Positions 1 to 13,739 of a DNA stretch of 64,000 bases are shown piece after piece. Source of the stretch: Octopus sinensis (taxonomy: Eukaryota). The notes under the pieces were generated by a model. The model searched no databases. It was not told where the DNA came from and was given only the letters and a program-made list of their open reading frames with translations. Position numbers and translations under genes: made by a program. The stretch lies in contig NC_043005.1 in the NCBI RefSeq assembly GCF_006345805.1, positions 10,292,001 through 10,356,000 of the forward strand, read 5' to 3'. How positions within the stretch are numbered: the stretch's first letter is position 1; the number at the start of each line of letters is the position of its first letter.

Positions 1-530
1 CTTTATTCTTATGTTGTCTAATTCTGTTTTTATTTAATGTTCCATAATCTTTTGGATTTTATTTTTACCAGATTAATATACACTTCACATCAATGATATT
101 AATTATAATTATTGTTATGTCTTTCAAACATTTAAAAAAATTTTTTAAAAACACAAACCAAGACAGTGTTTTAAAGTTAATCATACTGACAATTAATATG
201 TCAAAATTTTAAAAAATTTTGTTATTGTTTTTTTTTTATAGTCACATGATAATGAAGAAGAGGAGAAGGAGAGAGAGGACATTGGTGAAGATAATAGTTA
301 TGATAATGCTATTGATGATGATGATTTTGAAGATGATGATGATAGTGGGGAGTAGTGGTGATGGGATTATAAAAACTTGGAAATGAGTTATAATTTCTTT
401 AAACACTGCTTAATGATGATGGGGTGTGTGTGTGTATGTGTGTGTACATATTACCATTGAGTTTAGGGCTCAGTAACTGGTTCCACATCAAACTCCTCTG
501 CATTTTATGTATGTATGTATGTATGTATAA

Positions 531-574
<44 letters not shown>

Positions 575-577
<3 letters not shown>

Positions 578-667
578 TAATCCAAACAAGAAAACAAAAA
601 CAAAAAAACAACAACGCAAGGATGTGGAACAAATAAAGTATTATTGAACGCTCAGGAAAGAAGGGAA
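575..667 (-). mobile_element. Truncated copy of the ~207-bp hammerhead-bearing mini-element (family H1) in (TA)n
   Basis: Closely matches the first ~95 bp of 15498-15705 and 38141-38346 (agttaatccaaacaagaaaac...ctcaggaaagaagggaa). Flanked by TA repeats; ends before the ribozyme. Confidence 0.85.
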
Positions 668-1037
668 TATATATATATATATATATACATACATATGTAT
701 GTATGGAGAGAGAGAGAGAGAGAGTGAATTAGGAATATTTCTAAATTTAAAATATATCATACTACCTAACATAAATCATATTTTTCATGCATTTTTCACA
801 CCTGAAGAACATGAAAAAAGTGTGTGTGTGTGTATATATGTGTTTTTATATGTATGCTTGTGTAATTATATGTGCATGTAATTGAGAATGAAGTGCCGAT
901 TCAGTTTTTGGCACTGGTTATATAAGAACGGTAAAGGGACATTGCTTTCTACCTTCTTTTATGCTTTATTAAATCCAAACCTTCTCTACAGATTGTCATA
1001 TGTAAAGAAAAAAACAACTAAAAGAAATATACATTAA

Positions 1038-1256
1038 CCCTTTAGTATTTAAACCAGCCATATCCGGCCAAAATAGTTAATCTGTTTTATGTTCAAACTG
1101 ACCAGATCCAGGCTATCATACCTACCCTACAATGTTATTCTACATTAAGTAATTACACCATCAAGATCTTGAAGATATGAGATAATGCATGATTAATTCA
1201 AATCAATGGGAATCAATAGGCATTATGTTTGATAGAATAATCTGAACACTAAAGGG
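1038..1256. mobile_element. piggyBac-type MITE, family P1 (219 bp)
   Basis: TIR ccctttag...ctaaaggg; TTAA on the left (1034-1037), ctaa on the right. Inverted copy at 46321-46539, third copy at 63763-63981. Confidence 0.9.
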
Positions 1257-2262
1257 CTAAAAGGGATGTTACTAAATATATTTAATTAAGATTTAAATTA
1301 GAAATAAGACTTAAGTATATTTTCTCCAAATATGTGTTCCAGCATGATAGCTAAAAAAATCCCGCAAGAATTCAGAGAAACCAATAAACAAACCAATAAA
1401 GGTTCTTCTCTATGGTTATTCAACATTATAACGATAGCAGTCAAATCTCCCTCAAACCACACTATTTATTACCTTAAGGAAAAAACAAAAAACTCATTCA
1501 ATAATATGATCTAGAGTACAATTATGTCCTGGAAAAATAAAATGTGATAGTCATGCCTCAGGTGCCATTAATTAGAGGCAACAATAATACACAAACACAC
1601 ACTTAATGTCTAAAATACTTATATCAATGCATATTTCTAACGATAATATCATCATTCTCATTGTTCTTTACGTCCACAGTTTTATGTTTTATGGGTAGTT
1701 GGACAGAAATTTTTTAAAGCAGATTTTTATAGCCAGATGCCCTTCCTGTCACCAACCCTTATCAATTTCCTAGCACGGTAATATTTCCTTATAAGTAGAC
1801 ATATTTTCACAGAGTATTGGAAATGAATTACATTCATTCACACCAATCATGCAATGTCAAGAGGAGACACAAATATACACTCACATACACACATACATTC
1901 ATATATGTGTGCGTGCATGTGTTTTTGTGTGTTGGGCTTCTTTCAATTTCTGTATATCAAATCCACTTACAAGGATGTATATCTTGTGTCTAAGATCTGA
2001 CATATCAGGTTACATAATCCTTCATTAAAAGCTGTTCATGGCATTACATGGATTTTTTTATAATGACCTGCCAGTTGAAATGAAGATTAACAAAGGGCAT
2101 AAAACCTGTTTTTTTTTTTTTTTAGTTCTATAAACTACTATCTAATTATCACTTACTACCTACTTTGAACTATTAAAAACTTATGAATTGATACAGCATT
2201 TAAATATAATTGAAACGCGTTAACTTCATTATAGATATATATATTTATAGGTTTATAAAAAG

Positions 2263-2495
2263 GGTGGTGAGCTGGCAGAAACGTTAGCACACCGGGCGAA
2301 ATGCGTAGCCGTAGTTCGTCTGCCGTTAAGTGTTCTGAGTTCAAATTCCGCCGAGGTCAACTTTGCCTTTCATCCTTTCGGGGTCAATAAATTAAGTACC
2401 AGTTACGCACTGGGGTTGATGTGATTGATTTAATCCCTTTGTCTGTCCTTGTTTGTCCCCTCTATGTTTAGCCCCCTGTGGGTAGTAAAGAAATA
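2263..2495 (+). mobile_element. tRNA-derived SINE family B (Meta-domain-like core)
   Basis: A-box-like gagctggcagaa, B-box gagttcaaattcc, core gcctttcatcctttcggggtc(g/a)ataaattaagtaccag. Many copies in the window. Confidence 0.9.
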
Positions 2496-2765
2496 TATAT
2501 ATATATTTATAGGTTTATTTCTAGAACCTCAAAGATGAACATGATCATGTACATATATGAATATATATATAAATCTATATGTATCATAAATGTGTGTGTG
2601 TGTGTCATTTTTTATGTGCATAAAATTGTGCATAGAAATAAGAATTTATGTAAATCTGTATTTATATGTACATGTGTATGAGCATGAATGTGTTAATCTG
2701 TGTACATACAAGTGATATGTAAATCAAAAAGAGTTGATGGCAAAAAAAAATAAAACAATAAAATA

Positions 2766-3180
2766 GGCGCAGGAGTGGCTGTGTGGTAAGTAGCTTGCTA
2801 ACCAACCACACGGTTCCGGGTTCAGTCCCACTGCGTGGCATCTTGGGCAAGTGTCTTCTGCTATAGCCTCGGGCCGACCAATGCCTTGTGAGTGGATTTG
2901 GTAGACGGAAACTGAAAGAAGCCTGTCGCATATATGTATATACATATATAAGTGTGTGTGTATAGTTTGTGTGTGTGTGTTTTGTCCCCCTAGCATTGCT
3001 TGACAACCGATGCTGGTGTGTTTACGTCCCCGTCACATAGCGGTTCGGCAAAAGAGACCGATAGAATAAGTACTGGGCTTACAAAGAATAAGTCCCGGGG
3101 TCGATTTGTTCGATTAAAGGCGGTGCTCCAGCATGGCCGCAGTCAAATGACTGAAACAATTAAAAGAGAAAAAAAGAGAA
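2766..3180 (+). mobile_element. tRNA-derived SINE family A with internal (TA)/(TG) microsatellite
   Basis: Head ggcgcaggagtggctgtgtggtaag...ggttcagtccc and 3' ...ccagcatggccgcagtcaaatgactgaaac plus tail. Near-identical copies at 6207, 58783, 63167. Confidence 0.92.
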
Positions 3181-3451
3181 TAGGAGAAAAATGTGGGGTT
3201 TTTTCATAATTGTAATAAATAATAATCTTTAACTAGATCTAAACAGGAATACTTTAAATTCAATGAATATTATTTCTACAGCAAAGGTAGAAAAATAAGG
3301 AAATAAGCAAAACTTATTTGATTTGTATGTTAAGTGAGTATATAAATCTTGTTACACACACACACACACACACACATATGTGTGCACAAGTGTGTGTGCA
3401 TATAACTTATTCTAACACCTGCTTTTCCATTATTGTATTTATATACATACA

Positions 3452-3700
3452 TCATCATCATGATTTAACATATATTTCCATGCTGGCATAGGTTGGATGA
3501 TTTGATAAGGATCCACTGGGTTCAAGAATTGCATCATGCTCCAGTGTCTGCTTTAGTATGGTTTCTTTAACTGGATGCCCTTCTTAACACCAACCACTTT
3601 ACAGCATGTAGTGGGTGCTTTTCTCATTCCACCAGCACTGTTGAGGTCACCATATAGCTCACAAGTCTAGAAACTCAAGGAATGGTGGACACTGCATCCT
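3452..3700 (-). mobile_element. RTE 3'UTR-derived repeat (family D, (CAT)n tail), diverged
   Basis: catcatc...ttccatgctggcat...ctggatgcccttc...ccaaccacttt motif chain shared with 8001, 14349, 52034, 53451. Confidence 0.75.
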
Positions 3701-3726
3701 TATGTTAGATGGGTGTTGGGGAATGT

Positions 3727-4009
3727 TATGGGAAACTACCACCTGTGTCATCTCTTGTGAAGGGTAAGAGAGTCCAGTTTGCTGGACATTGTTGTAGAGC
3801 TGAAAAAGAGGTAATTTCTCCTCTTCTCCTCTGGAAGCCATCTACTCGCAATACCAGAGGGCGCACACTCTCCTACCCTGATGTAATCTCCAGGGATACA
3901 GGCATCCAGCAACAGGACCTCCGTAATGCCATGATGGACCGTGAAGTCTGGCGTAGCATGGTAAATTCCATTGTCTCAACCACGGTCGAACAATGATGAT
4001 GATGATGAT
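3727..4009 (+). mobile_element. 5'-truncated RTE-group LINE 3' end with (TGA)n tail
   Basis: Open frame YGKLPPVSS...QFAGHCCRA...LLLWKP...RGR...MMDREVWRSMV resembles an RTE ORF2 C-terminus. The stop runs into (tga)n. Confidence 0.85.
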
Positions 4010-4918
4010 GGAGTAGAGCAGGTTCTTGATGGCTACTCACATTTAGGGGAGTGAGAATGTATTAGTGGTGTCTCCAAAGAGATAGTGGTGAGGAAGTGTC
4101 CAGGTGGTAGTACGTGGGTGGTTGTAAGAATGTGTGGGGAAGTAGAAAAGAGGTATATAGGTAGGCAATGTTTGTAAAGATTGAGAGAGGGGTTGGGGAT
4201 AAGGGGTACATTAGTAGAGGGATGTTAGTGTCAGAGTAGTAATGATGATACCATTGACAGGAGAAACTGGGAGAGATGATGTATTTAGACAGGCTGCAGG
4301 AATGAAATAGAGAAATAGACAGATGTAGTACATGGGAAGAGATAATTTGGTGGTCCTGCAAGGCGGCAGATAGAATGGCCACTGTAACAGGTGGGTGTGA
4401 AGAACAATATTAAAGGATGAAAAATGCCTATATATATATATACATATTCAACTTTTCCATGCTTGCATGGGTCAGATGGAATTTGCTGAGGAAGGTTTTC
4501 TATGGCTGGGTGCCCTTTCTGTTGCAAGCCTTCTATTTCTAAGTAAGGCAATATTTCCTCTTGGAAAACTGGAAATGAACAGCATTGCTTAGATGATGAT
4601 AATGCTCATTTACAGCCATCACATGTACACACAAACAAACATACAATATGCATGTCATCATCATCATCATCATCATTTAACATTTGTTATCCATGCTGGC
4701 ATTGGTTGCCTGGTTTAATGGGCTGGTGAGCCAGAGGACTGCGCTGAGCTCTGCAGCTAGTTTTGGCATAGCTTTTATGCCTGGATAGCCTTCCTAATGG
4801 CAACCACTTTACAGACTGAACAAGGGTGGCTAGATATATATATATATATATATATGTGTGTGTACATATACATGTATTTATATGTATATGCATAAAGTAT
4901 ATCTATCTATCTATCTAT

Positions 4919-4956
<38 letters not shown>

Positions 4957-5038
4957 CTTTATTTAAAGCAGCAGAAATTTCAACAAAACCTGTTACTCTG
5001 AGTTTCCCGTTGCCGTTCATCGGACAGTTTTTGCTAGA
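4957..5038 (-). mobile_element. 82-bp hammerhead-bearing mini-element (family H2) inside (TA)n
   Basis: Complex island flanked on both sides by TA repeats. Minus strand carries a hammerhead followed by AATAAA, like a Penelope pLTR end. Confidence 0.7.
4985..5032 (-). ncRNA. Minimal type I hammerhead ribozyme motif (GUA cleavage triplet)
   Basis: Minus strand reads CUGU-CCGAUGA-A-CG(GCAA)CG-G-GAAA-CU-CAG-AG-U-A/ACAG. Stem I is CUGU:ACAG (extendable), stem II has a GNRA loop, stem III is ACU:AGU. Confidence 0.75.
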
Positions 5039-5040
5039 TA

Positions 5041-5074
<34 letters not shown>

Positions 5075-6062
5075 TGTATGTATATATATATCATTATTAT
5101 TATTATTGTAATTATATCCACTTGCCCATTCTTGTATGAAGTGGATAGGATTAATTGAAGTAGATTTTCTATAGCTGGATGCCTTTTCTCATGAGCAGGA
5201 CATTAAAAAAAAAAAGCCACGCACACACAAACACACACACACTCACCACACACTCTCTCGCTTTCTCTTTCTCGTACACACACACACACGCAAATATGGA
5301 ACTGCACCTGAACCCACAGTTGGGAATCACACATCCATTCTTATATATATCCATCATCTTAATCATTTATAGTCATCTCCCCATGCTGGCATGGGTTAGA
5401 CAGTCTGACTGGATTTGACGACAGTTTCTGTTTTGGCATGGTTTTTACAGGCTGATGACCCTTCTAACACTAACCACTTTACTCAGTGCACTGGATTGCT
5501 TTGTTCATTGCACCAACACTTGTAAGGTCACCTTGCAACTTGCACATGAAGAGACCCCTGTAAATGAGGGAGAATAGGAGCAAGAGAGAGAAAATAATGT
5601 ATTTCTGATGATTTTTAGTAAGTTGATGAGGGTTGGTAAAATATGAAGAGATGTACAAATTTATCGTTCTGAGAGGTGGTAGTGGAGAGAGTAACAGACA
5701 CACTATTGGAAGTTGAAATATGGAAAGGACAAAGTAGGGGTAGCATCAGTGGTCAGTGAGAAAGTGAGGGACAGATTAGTAATGTTGATGAGATGTGTTG
5801 TGTAGAGGTGAGCTATCTACACTATAAGAGGAGGTAATGTGCATAAGGGGGCATAGAAAGAAAGTAGGTGATGGCAATAAGGATCCAGGGTGAGTCATTG
5901 CAAGAAAGAGATGTGTGTGGGTCGTGGATGTAGGCTTGAGAGTGAGCAATGCTACAGTGATAGAAAACTGAGGGGAGAGCAGTGGACGGAAAAGTGGCTG
6001 AGAGGGAGTGATGAATGGCAGTGAGACAGAGAATGAGATAGAGAGGTGTGTGTGTTTGTGTA

Positions 6063-6120
<58 letters not shown>

Positions 6121-6170
6121 ATACAGGATTGGTATATATCCTGTATATATATCCTGTAAATATACAGGAT

Positions 6171-6204
<34 letters not shown>

Positions 6205-6206
6205 CA

Positions 6207-6377
6207 GGCGCAGGATTGGCTGTGTGGTAAGTAGCTTGCCTACCAACCACATGGTTCCAGGTTCAGTCCCACTGCGTGGCACCTTGGGCAAGTGTCTTCT
6301 ACTATAGCCTCGGGCCGACCAAAGCCTTGTGAGTGGATTTGGTAGACGGAAGCTGAAAGAAGCCCGTCGTATATATG

Positions 6378-6432
<55 letters not shown>

Positions 6433-6637
6433 TTGTGTGTCTGTGTTTGTCCCCCTAGCATTGCTTGACAACCGATGCTGGTGTGTTTATGTCCCTGTCA
6501 CTTAGCGGTTCGGCAAAAGAGACCGATAGAATAAGTACTGGGATTACAAAGAATAAGTCCCAGGGTCGAGTTGCTCGACTAAAGGCGGTGCTCCAGCATG
6601 GCCGCAGTCAAATGACTGAAACAAGTAAAAAGAGAGA

Positions 6638-6638
<1 letters not shown>
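6207..6638 (+). mobile_element. SINE family A, full length
   Basis: Near-identical to 2766-3180. Confidence 0.92.
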
Positions 6639-6669
<31 letters not shown>

Positions 6670-6713
6670 GTATATGTCAGTATTTATGCAATGAATATGT
6701 GTTTATGTGTGTT

Positions 6714-6772
<59 letters not shown>

Positions 6773-8000
6773 ATATGTATGTATTTAGTGGTAGTCAAGT
6801 AACAACTGTTAACCAGATTTCTATGCTCCATAAATGATACTCATTTTCATCTGAATGTCTAATTATGTACAAAATTTCAATATTGTGGTAATTGATTTTT
6901 ATATTGCCCATTGTTAATCTCTTTAGTGTGTAATTAATGGAGAACCTGTCTTTGATACACTTCTATGACATGAAAATATATCATAAGTGTGTGTGTTTAT
7001 TAATATGTATAAATCAGATGCACACATACTTGTTTGTATCTCTCTTTCTAGAATAGGAACACCATACCCTTGCATGACATAAGAGTTGACTAAAAGGAGT
7101 TGGCATTAAGAAGGGTATCCTACAATAAAACAGTGTTGTGAAAATCCCTTCAGTTCATGCACGTATGTATAAGCATATCTATGTGTGTGGTGTTAGTATG
7201 TGTAATACCTCTCTCTTTCTCTCTCTCTCTCTCTCTACACACACACTGTATCTATGCAAGTTAAATATCTGTATATACATGTCTGTGTGTGTATATATAT
7301 ATATATATTATATATATATATATATATATAATATATATATATATATTTATGCACATACATATACGTATATATACCTCTGTTTGTGTATCAGGTATAATAG
7401 CGTTAAATACATTATCATTTTTATAACCAGTATATAGATATACCAATGAATTTATTAAATCTTGTTCAAAGACTTAATTATTAAAGCGTTATCATGGGAA
7501 GAAGAAAGAAATATACTAAACATATGAATATTTTTTCTGACTATTTATTATTAGTCTTTATAATTAGCATCTTTGTCATTAATACTTTTTTTTTTTTGGC
7601 ATGTTAGACATTATTTACATCAGTGTAATTTATGAATTATTTCTCTTTTGCATTAGACGGTAAAGAAATAATAAGAATAAGTCAATTTTGAAATATCTAT
7701 CAACAATATACTCTGTCAATATATATACAATGTTGGTGGTGTTGTTGCTGCTGTTGTCATCATTGTCACTGTTTATGATTAAGATGAGGTAATCTCTGAT
7801 TGAGCAGATCATTGATCAAAAGTGTAACAGTTGACAAGACCAATCCATCTTTTCTCTTTTCCATTATAATGCATTCGACTCTTCTTCAATATCCTGTGTG
7901 AATCTACTCAGTTAAAAAAACAAAATGGGTGTTGTTTGTGAAGGGATATTTTGCTGCTGTTCCTTGCTGATCAGGCAACCTCATTAGATTGACATACATA

Positions 8001-8300
8001 CATCATCATCATCATTTAGCGTCCACTTTCCATGCTAGCATGTGTTGGACGATTCAACTGGGGTCTGTGAATCCAGAAGGCTGCATCAGGCCCAGTCTGA
8101 TCTGGCAGTGTTTCTATGGCTGGATGCCCTTCCTAATGCCAACCACTGTGGGTGCTTTTACGTGCCACCGGCACGGGGGCCAGGCGAGGCTGGCAACGGC
8201 CACAAACGGATGGTGCTATGTGCCACCGGCATGGGGGCCAGGCGAGGCTGGCAACGGCCACGCACGGATGGTGCTTTTTATGTGCCACCGGCATGGAGGC
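8001..8300 (-). mobile_element. Family D repeat with ~58-62 bp internal tandem units
   Basis: (cat)n tail. gtgccaccggca recurs at 8162, 8220, 8282. Confidence 0.85.
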
Positions 8301-9118
8301 CATATATATACATATTTAATGTTATGAGTGTTTAACATATGTATACGTATACATACATATATATACATATTGTAATGTTATGAGTGTTTAACAGATGTAT
8401 ATGTTAAACAATGATTATGCATTTTCAGATATAGAACTCAATACAAAATGTAGTGTGTGTATGTCTGTACATGCACACATACAAACACACACACATGTAT
8501 ACATGCACATGCACACACAAATTTTCTAATTTTTGCTATGCTGCCCCTCTAAGAGCTACTAGGTGAAACTTAGAAGTAGCAATTGCATTTTCTGATGCAA
8601 AATAAATATTCAAAGGTTGCAGTTGCTTTTATCAATGAAAGAGGGGTATATGTGCAAAATATATAGTCTAGAATATATTGTTTATTTAGCCTGGGGTGTT
8701 TTTCTTGTAACTATAGTTTCACATCACTGCATTTATTATGATTATTCAGTATTTCAGGTTGATCTTTTATGCAATTTATAACATATCTAACTGAAATACC
8801 AAAAGGAAAATGGTTGACATGATGATTGCAGTAGTTGTGAGAATTTGAGTCATGAAAAATAAACAGTTCATTTGTAATTGACAACATACACACATGCGCA
8901 CACACACATATATGCGCATGCGCACACACACACATCAATATCATCATCATCATTATCATCATCATAGGGCTATGGCCATGCTAAGACGCTGAGAGAGAGA
9001 TATACTCAGAGAAAGACAGGAGTCATGTTGCTGCATTGATACTGTCTGCATCATTGCTGTCAGCATTGATGTCAATGAAAGATATTTCTTCAAAGAAATT
9101 ATTTACATAATCTTGCAG

Positions 9119-9148
9119 GGAATATATATTGTTGGTGTTGATCTGCAT
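9119..9148 (+). CDS. Candidate 30-nt exon (GIYIVGVDLH in phase 0)
   Basis: tcttgcag|...|gtaagt splice signals and frame-preserving length. No homology recognised. Confidence 0.2.
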
Positions 9149-9285
9149 GTAAGTAGTTCAAAACAAGTGTGCTGGGTTAATTCTTTAATCTAGGCATATT
9201 TGAAGTCTTTGTAAAGAACAATTCCAACCTCCTAGGAAAGGTTATTCCATTTTAACAGATTTTGTTTAGAACTGACTGCTTGAAC

Positions 9286-9596
9286 CAGTGGTTTGAAAAT
9301 GATGCACAACCACAGGTTGGTATGCTGGGAAATAAAGATAGGTCTGTCATAAAAATAATAAAATTACATTTTTATAATGCAAAAGAAGCAAACAGAAATT
9401 TGAAATGTAAAGTCTTGATAATTCTGCTTCATTTATTGATAATTTTCTGTATTTTATGGTATTTACATTTAATGTATAATATATATAATTTCCTATTTTA
9501 TAAATATATTTTTTTTATATTTTACAAAGTGCATCAAAATATTTTTATGTATTTTAAAGTACACCAATCAGTGCAAAAATGGTTTTGAAATCCCTG
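9286..9596. mobile_element. Old hAT-like MITE
   Basis: Imperfect TIR cagtggtttgaaaa / ttttgaaatccctg; degenerate 8-bp TSD gcttgaac / gcttaagt; AT-rich interior. Confidence 0.6.
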
Positions 9597-10137
9597 GCTT
9601 AAGTAAATGAGATATTTCAGCAGAAAAAAGTTTACATTCACTTCTGTGTTCCTTTAGATAGTGAGATAGTGCTTCCTTTTTAAATGTGCAGTTTAGTAAG
9701 AAGAGGAAGAGTAGCTCCCATGACCTTCTTCAAGGTATTCTGAAACAAGCTGGAGAAAGCTATTTTCAAACCTGGCATGAATAACTACAACACTGTATAC
9801 TTCATGAAATTGCTCCTTCCTCTGAGGCATTTAGTAGTGTTAAACGAAACATTGGCTTAAGTCAACCACCCAAAGAATGATTTTGTATAGGTTTCCACAT
9901 AATTTATGTCTACCAAATTTCACTTACAAGATAAAATGCTTTACAATTTCAAATCTCTGTAAGATTGTAACAGCTCTTTTCAAAATTCCAGCTAAGGTTA
10001 ATAAAAATAAGCCTATCTCATGTACTGATGCTGATAAATTCAAATGCTTGTGCCACCAGTATTTGTAATCTTGTACAAATTTTCAGACTCTGTTTTAGGG
10101 TGGATCTTTTTTTTTATATCAGAGATACTTGAAATAA

Positions 10138-10407
10138 CCTTCGTCGTATATATGTACATATATATATGCGTGCGTGTGTTTGTGTGTCTGTGTTTGTCCC
10201 CCTAGCATTGCTTGACAACCGATGCTGGTGTGTTTATGTCCCCGTTACTTAGCGGTTCGGCAAAAGAGACCGATAGAATAAGTACTGGGTTTACAAAAGA
10301 AATAAGTCCCGGGGTCGAGTTGCTCGATTAAAAGGCGGTGCTCCAGCATGGCCGCAGTCAAATGACTGAAACAAGTAAAAGAGTAAAAGAGTAAAGAGTA
10401 AAGAGTA
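10138..10407 (+). mobile_element. SINE family A, 3' half
   Basis: Matches the family A body from cgtcgtatata to the (gagtaaaa)n tail. Confidence 0.9.
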
Positions 10408-10721
10408 TTTAAGAACCATCTAACAGATACTAGAAATGCAAATTGGTTGTAAAATCCACAAGATCTTAAAGCGAAACCTTGCTACAGCCATTGTACTTTG
10501 TTCTTTTGAATGATGCCCTCTTGAACGATGCACCCATCAACAACCTCGCTCATTTTATAATTCATTATGGTAAAGTGGTGACCAATTAGTAAGCATATTG
10601 CATAATAATGACTACAAAGTACATCAAGCAATTCATATAGATACAATTATCCAAGTTAGCAACTCTTACTTACTGCACTTGAGAAAATGGATTATCACTG
10701 TTAAAAATCTGAGATATCTGA

Positions 10722-11093
10722 TAAGAAGCTTGCTTCCCAACCACATGGTTCTGGGTTCAGTCCTACTTCATGGCACCTTAGACAAGTGTCTTCTGAAATC
10801 AACCAAAGCCTTGTGAATGGATTTGGTTGACAGAAACTGAAAGAAGCTTGTCATATATATATGTGTGTGTGTGTGTGTATTTGTGTCTGTGCTTGTCCTC
10901 CACCACCACTTGATAACCTGTGTTGGTGTGTTTATGTCTTCATAACCTGGCAGTTTGGTAAAGGAGACTGATCAAATAAGTACCGGTCTTTAAAAAAAGG
11001 AAATAAGTAATAGGATCAATTCATTCAACTAAAAATTCTTCGAGGTGGTGTCTCAGCATGGCTATACAGTCTAATGTCTAAAATAAGTAAAAG
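10722..11093 (+). mobile_element. Older SINE family A copy
   Basis: Diverged, colinear match to family A. Confidence 0.8.
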
Positions 11094-13739
11094 ATGTGTG
11101 TCTTTGTGTATGTATTTGTGAGTATGTGCATGTTCATATTTTCATTCTTTAAAGCATTATTCTTATGTTTGTTATAAACTATGCAACTATAATTCTAAGC
11201 ACAAATGTTAAATTCTTTTGTTTTGTACAGTTTTAAGATATTAAGCAAAATAAATCTCCTAAATACTTTTTATTAATTCATGATTTTCATAAACCTTATA
11301 TTTTAATGTTAGAGTATTCTTCCCTTAATGTATAAATTTTTATTCGTCTATTTTAAGATAATTTTTATGGTAAATTTGTATTTTTAACACTTAACAGATT
11401 ACAGCTGTATTGGCTGATAATATTCTAACTGGTTCCTCTGCAAAGATGCCACTTTCTTTCCGTGTCATGTGTAAATAATCACTTGATGTGTTCTGATAAG
11501 GATTGGCCTACAAAGTGTAAAGTTCTCAGGCTAGATATAAAAGCTCTAGTAATATTTCTTCAAAGATGCCCCAGTTACCTTGATAAATTAAAGAAACCAG
11601 TATCAGAGAAAAAGACAGGTAAAATAGTTGGTCATCACCTAAGGCAATAAAAATGTTCTCACACACCTATCTTTTACAATATTTTATTAAAATATAGGAG
11701 TGAACATTGCTATTTATGATTTCTACTACAGCATAACTATACTATAGAGTTGGCAATGTTGTTACTTCATTAATTCCAGAAGTATCAATGACAAAGCTTG
11801 GTTTAATAAGATATAGCCTGAAACGAAACAGAGCTCATTAGTGGCTCCTTATACCAACTAAATTTTTATATCTTTTCTTGTCATTTAATCATTAGTAGTG
11901 AAATTATTTATTATTTAGTTCCCTATTTGTATTTAAATAAGACTGACTAAAACTACAAATTAAAGGAAGCCTTAGAAAATATAAATTAAAGTAACAATTG
12001 CTGTCTGTTCAGATTTGTTCTTCATTATATTTCTGATCTGAGAAACTAGGGAGCCATATTTTTTAGATCAACATTTCAGTGGTTATAGATTTCTTGATTA
12101 TAATTAATGAAATTTTGTTTTATAATCTCAAGTGAATAAGTATTTAAAATAATGGAAATGTTTCAAACAAATATATATATAAAAATTCATATTTAGATAT
12201 TTTTGATAATGTTTCATTAAATATATGTATTGTTTTTAAAAACACATTTCATTACAGAACATAACTTTTCAATGACTATTCTGTTTGTACTGCTATTAAT
12301 CAGTCATTAGTTTTAATTACTTGCTTAAAGATATTGATAATAAATCTGAAATTCTATTGATTATTGTATCTTTTTTTCACTCCTATAATTTCACTTCAAA
12401 TCTATATTATTTTATTTTCTTTAATTTTATCATGTGTGAAAGATTCAATCAAAAAGCTTAAAGGATCACTTTTGAACAATAATTTTTATTTCATTGTTAT
12501 TACTGCTCTTATCTTTATTATTCCATTCAACATTTACTGGTCTGCAATTTGTACAATTTAGACAAATCTGATTGGCCTCATCCATCATAAGTATTGCTAG
12601 GTGCATCAAGAACTAGAATTCTGTTGCTCAGAATGTCTAAACAGAGCAACAACAATTTGAGTTTTATGGGGTTTTTTTTATATTGCTCAGTAACAAATGT
12701 ATTATATTTTTGGCATTTTGCTGCCAACTGATCATTGCATTTCTTATATAGAAATTTAATTTTCTTGATTTATCTTGTGCAGTCTGACCTTAGATGAAAT
12801 AAAATATATATGCATGCACACATGTGCACACACACACACACATACACACAGACATGTGTATATACAGTCACATGCATGTATCCATACACATACATACATG
12901 CATGCATGCATGCATTCATGCATTGTTTCTTAGCTCCTTTACTTTTTTTATATCATCTTATTGTGACATTGGCACTAGAGAAGTTGTCTATGGTGAACCT
13001 AATGATCTGTTTTACCTTTCATTTCCTTATTCCCTCTTACAACTTGATTTAAAAATAACTTTTTATATTTTGATGTCCTTCAAATCAACAATTGCATTGT
13101 ATGTGTGTGTGTGTTTATAGTTGGTATTTATGTGTGTACTTTTCCCAAATACAGCAAAAGCTCTTCAGAAACTGAGAAACACACCTATTTGGCTGTTTTG
13201 TGTCTGATCTGAACAAACATGCTTATAAAGTTAAAATATTAACCTGTTTAGATAAACTATTTCAACCAAAAAGTATTCTTTGTTAATGAAATTCACAATA
13301 TTTGTATAGAGTATACAAGATCAAGATAATGAAGACACATGTCTTTCATTTTATGACACTTTCAAAAGTTAAAACCTATTAATGTTGATATTTTAATTAG
13401 CTATTTGTTGCTTCATCCACCTAATCTCTTGTTTGTATCATGTTTATATGATAATTTTCTAATTGGCTACATTAGGTACTTTTTTATTTCTTTTTTAAGC
13501 TTTTAATTTTAAGCTTGGAATGAAGTTTGAATGTTTTAATATACTGCAAATGAACTGAGTAGTATAAAGTAGCTCACCAACAAACTCCTACTTCTGGTCC
13601 ATGGACATGCTGTCTCTTCTCCCACCTCCTGACTTTCCCTTTTTCACCCCTCCTGCTCTAGCTTCTGCTTTTTGGAGTTAAACTTGTGTTACCTCCATTC
13701 ACTCACTCATTCACTCATCCCCTCATAAACACATATTGT

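Noticed and set aside
242-355. Acidic terminal exon (SHDNEEEEK...DDDDSGE*)
   Set aside because: Explained by degenerate (GAT/GAA)n repeats, which are common in this window.
399-881. YIYIYI/HTHTHT/MYVC-type ORFs here and throughout the track
   Set aside because: These are translations of stop-free microsatellites.
3000-3209. Recurrent MTTDAGVF... ORF (also 6465, 59017, 63399) as a gene family
   Set aside because: It lies inside SINE family A and starts at a non-ATG codon.
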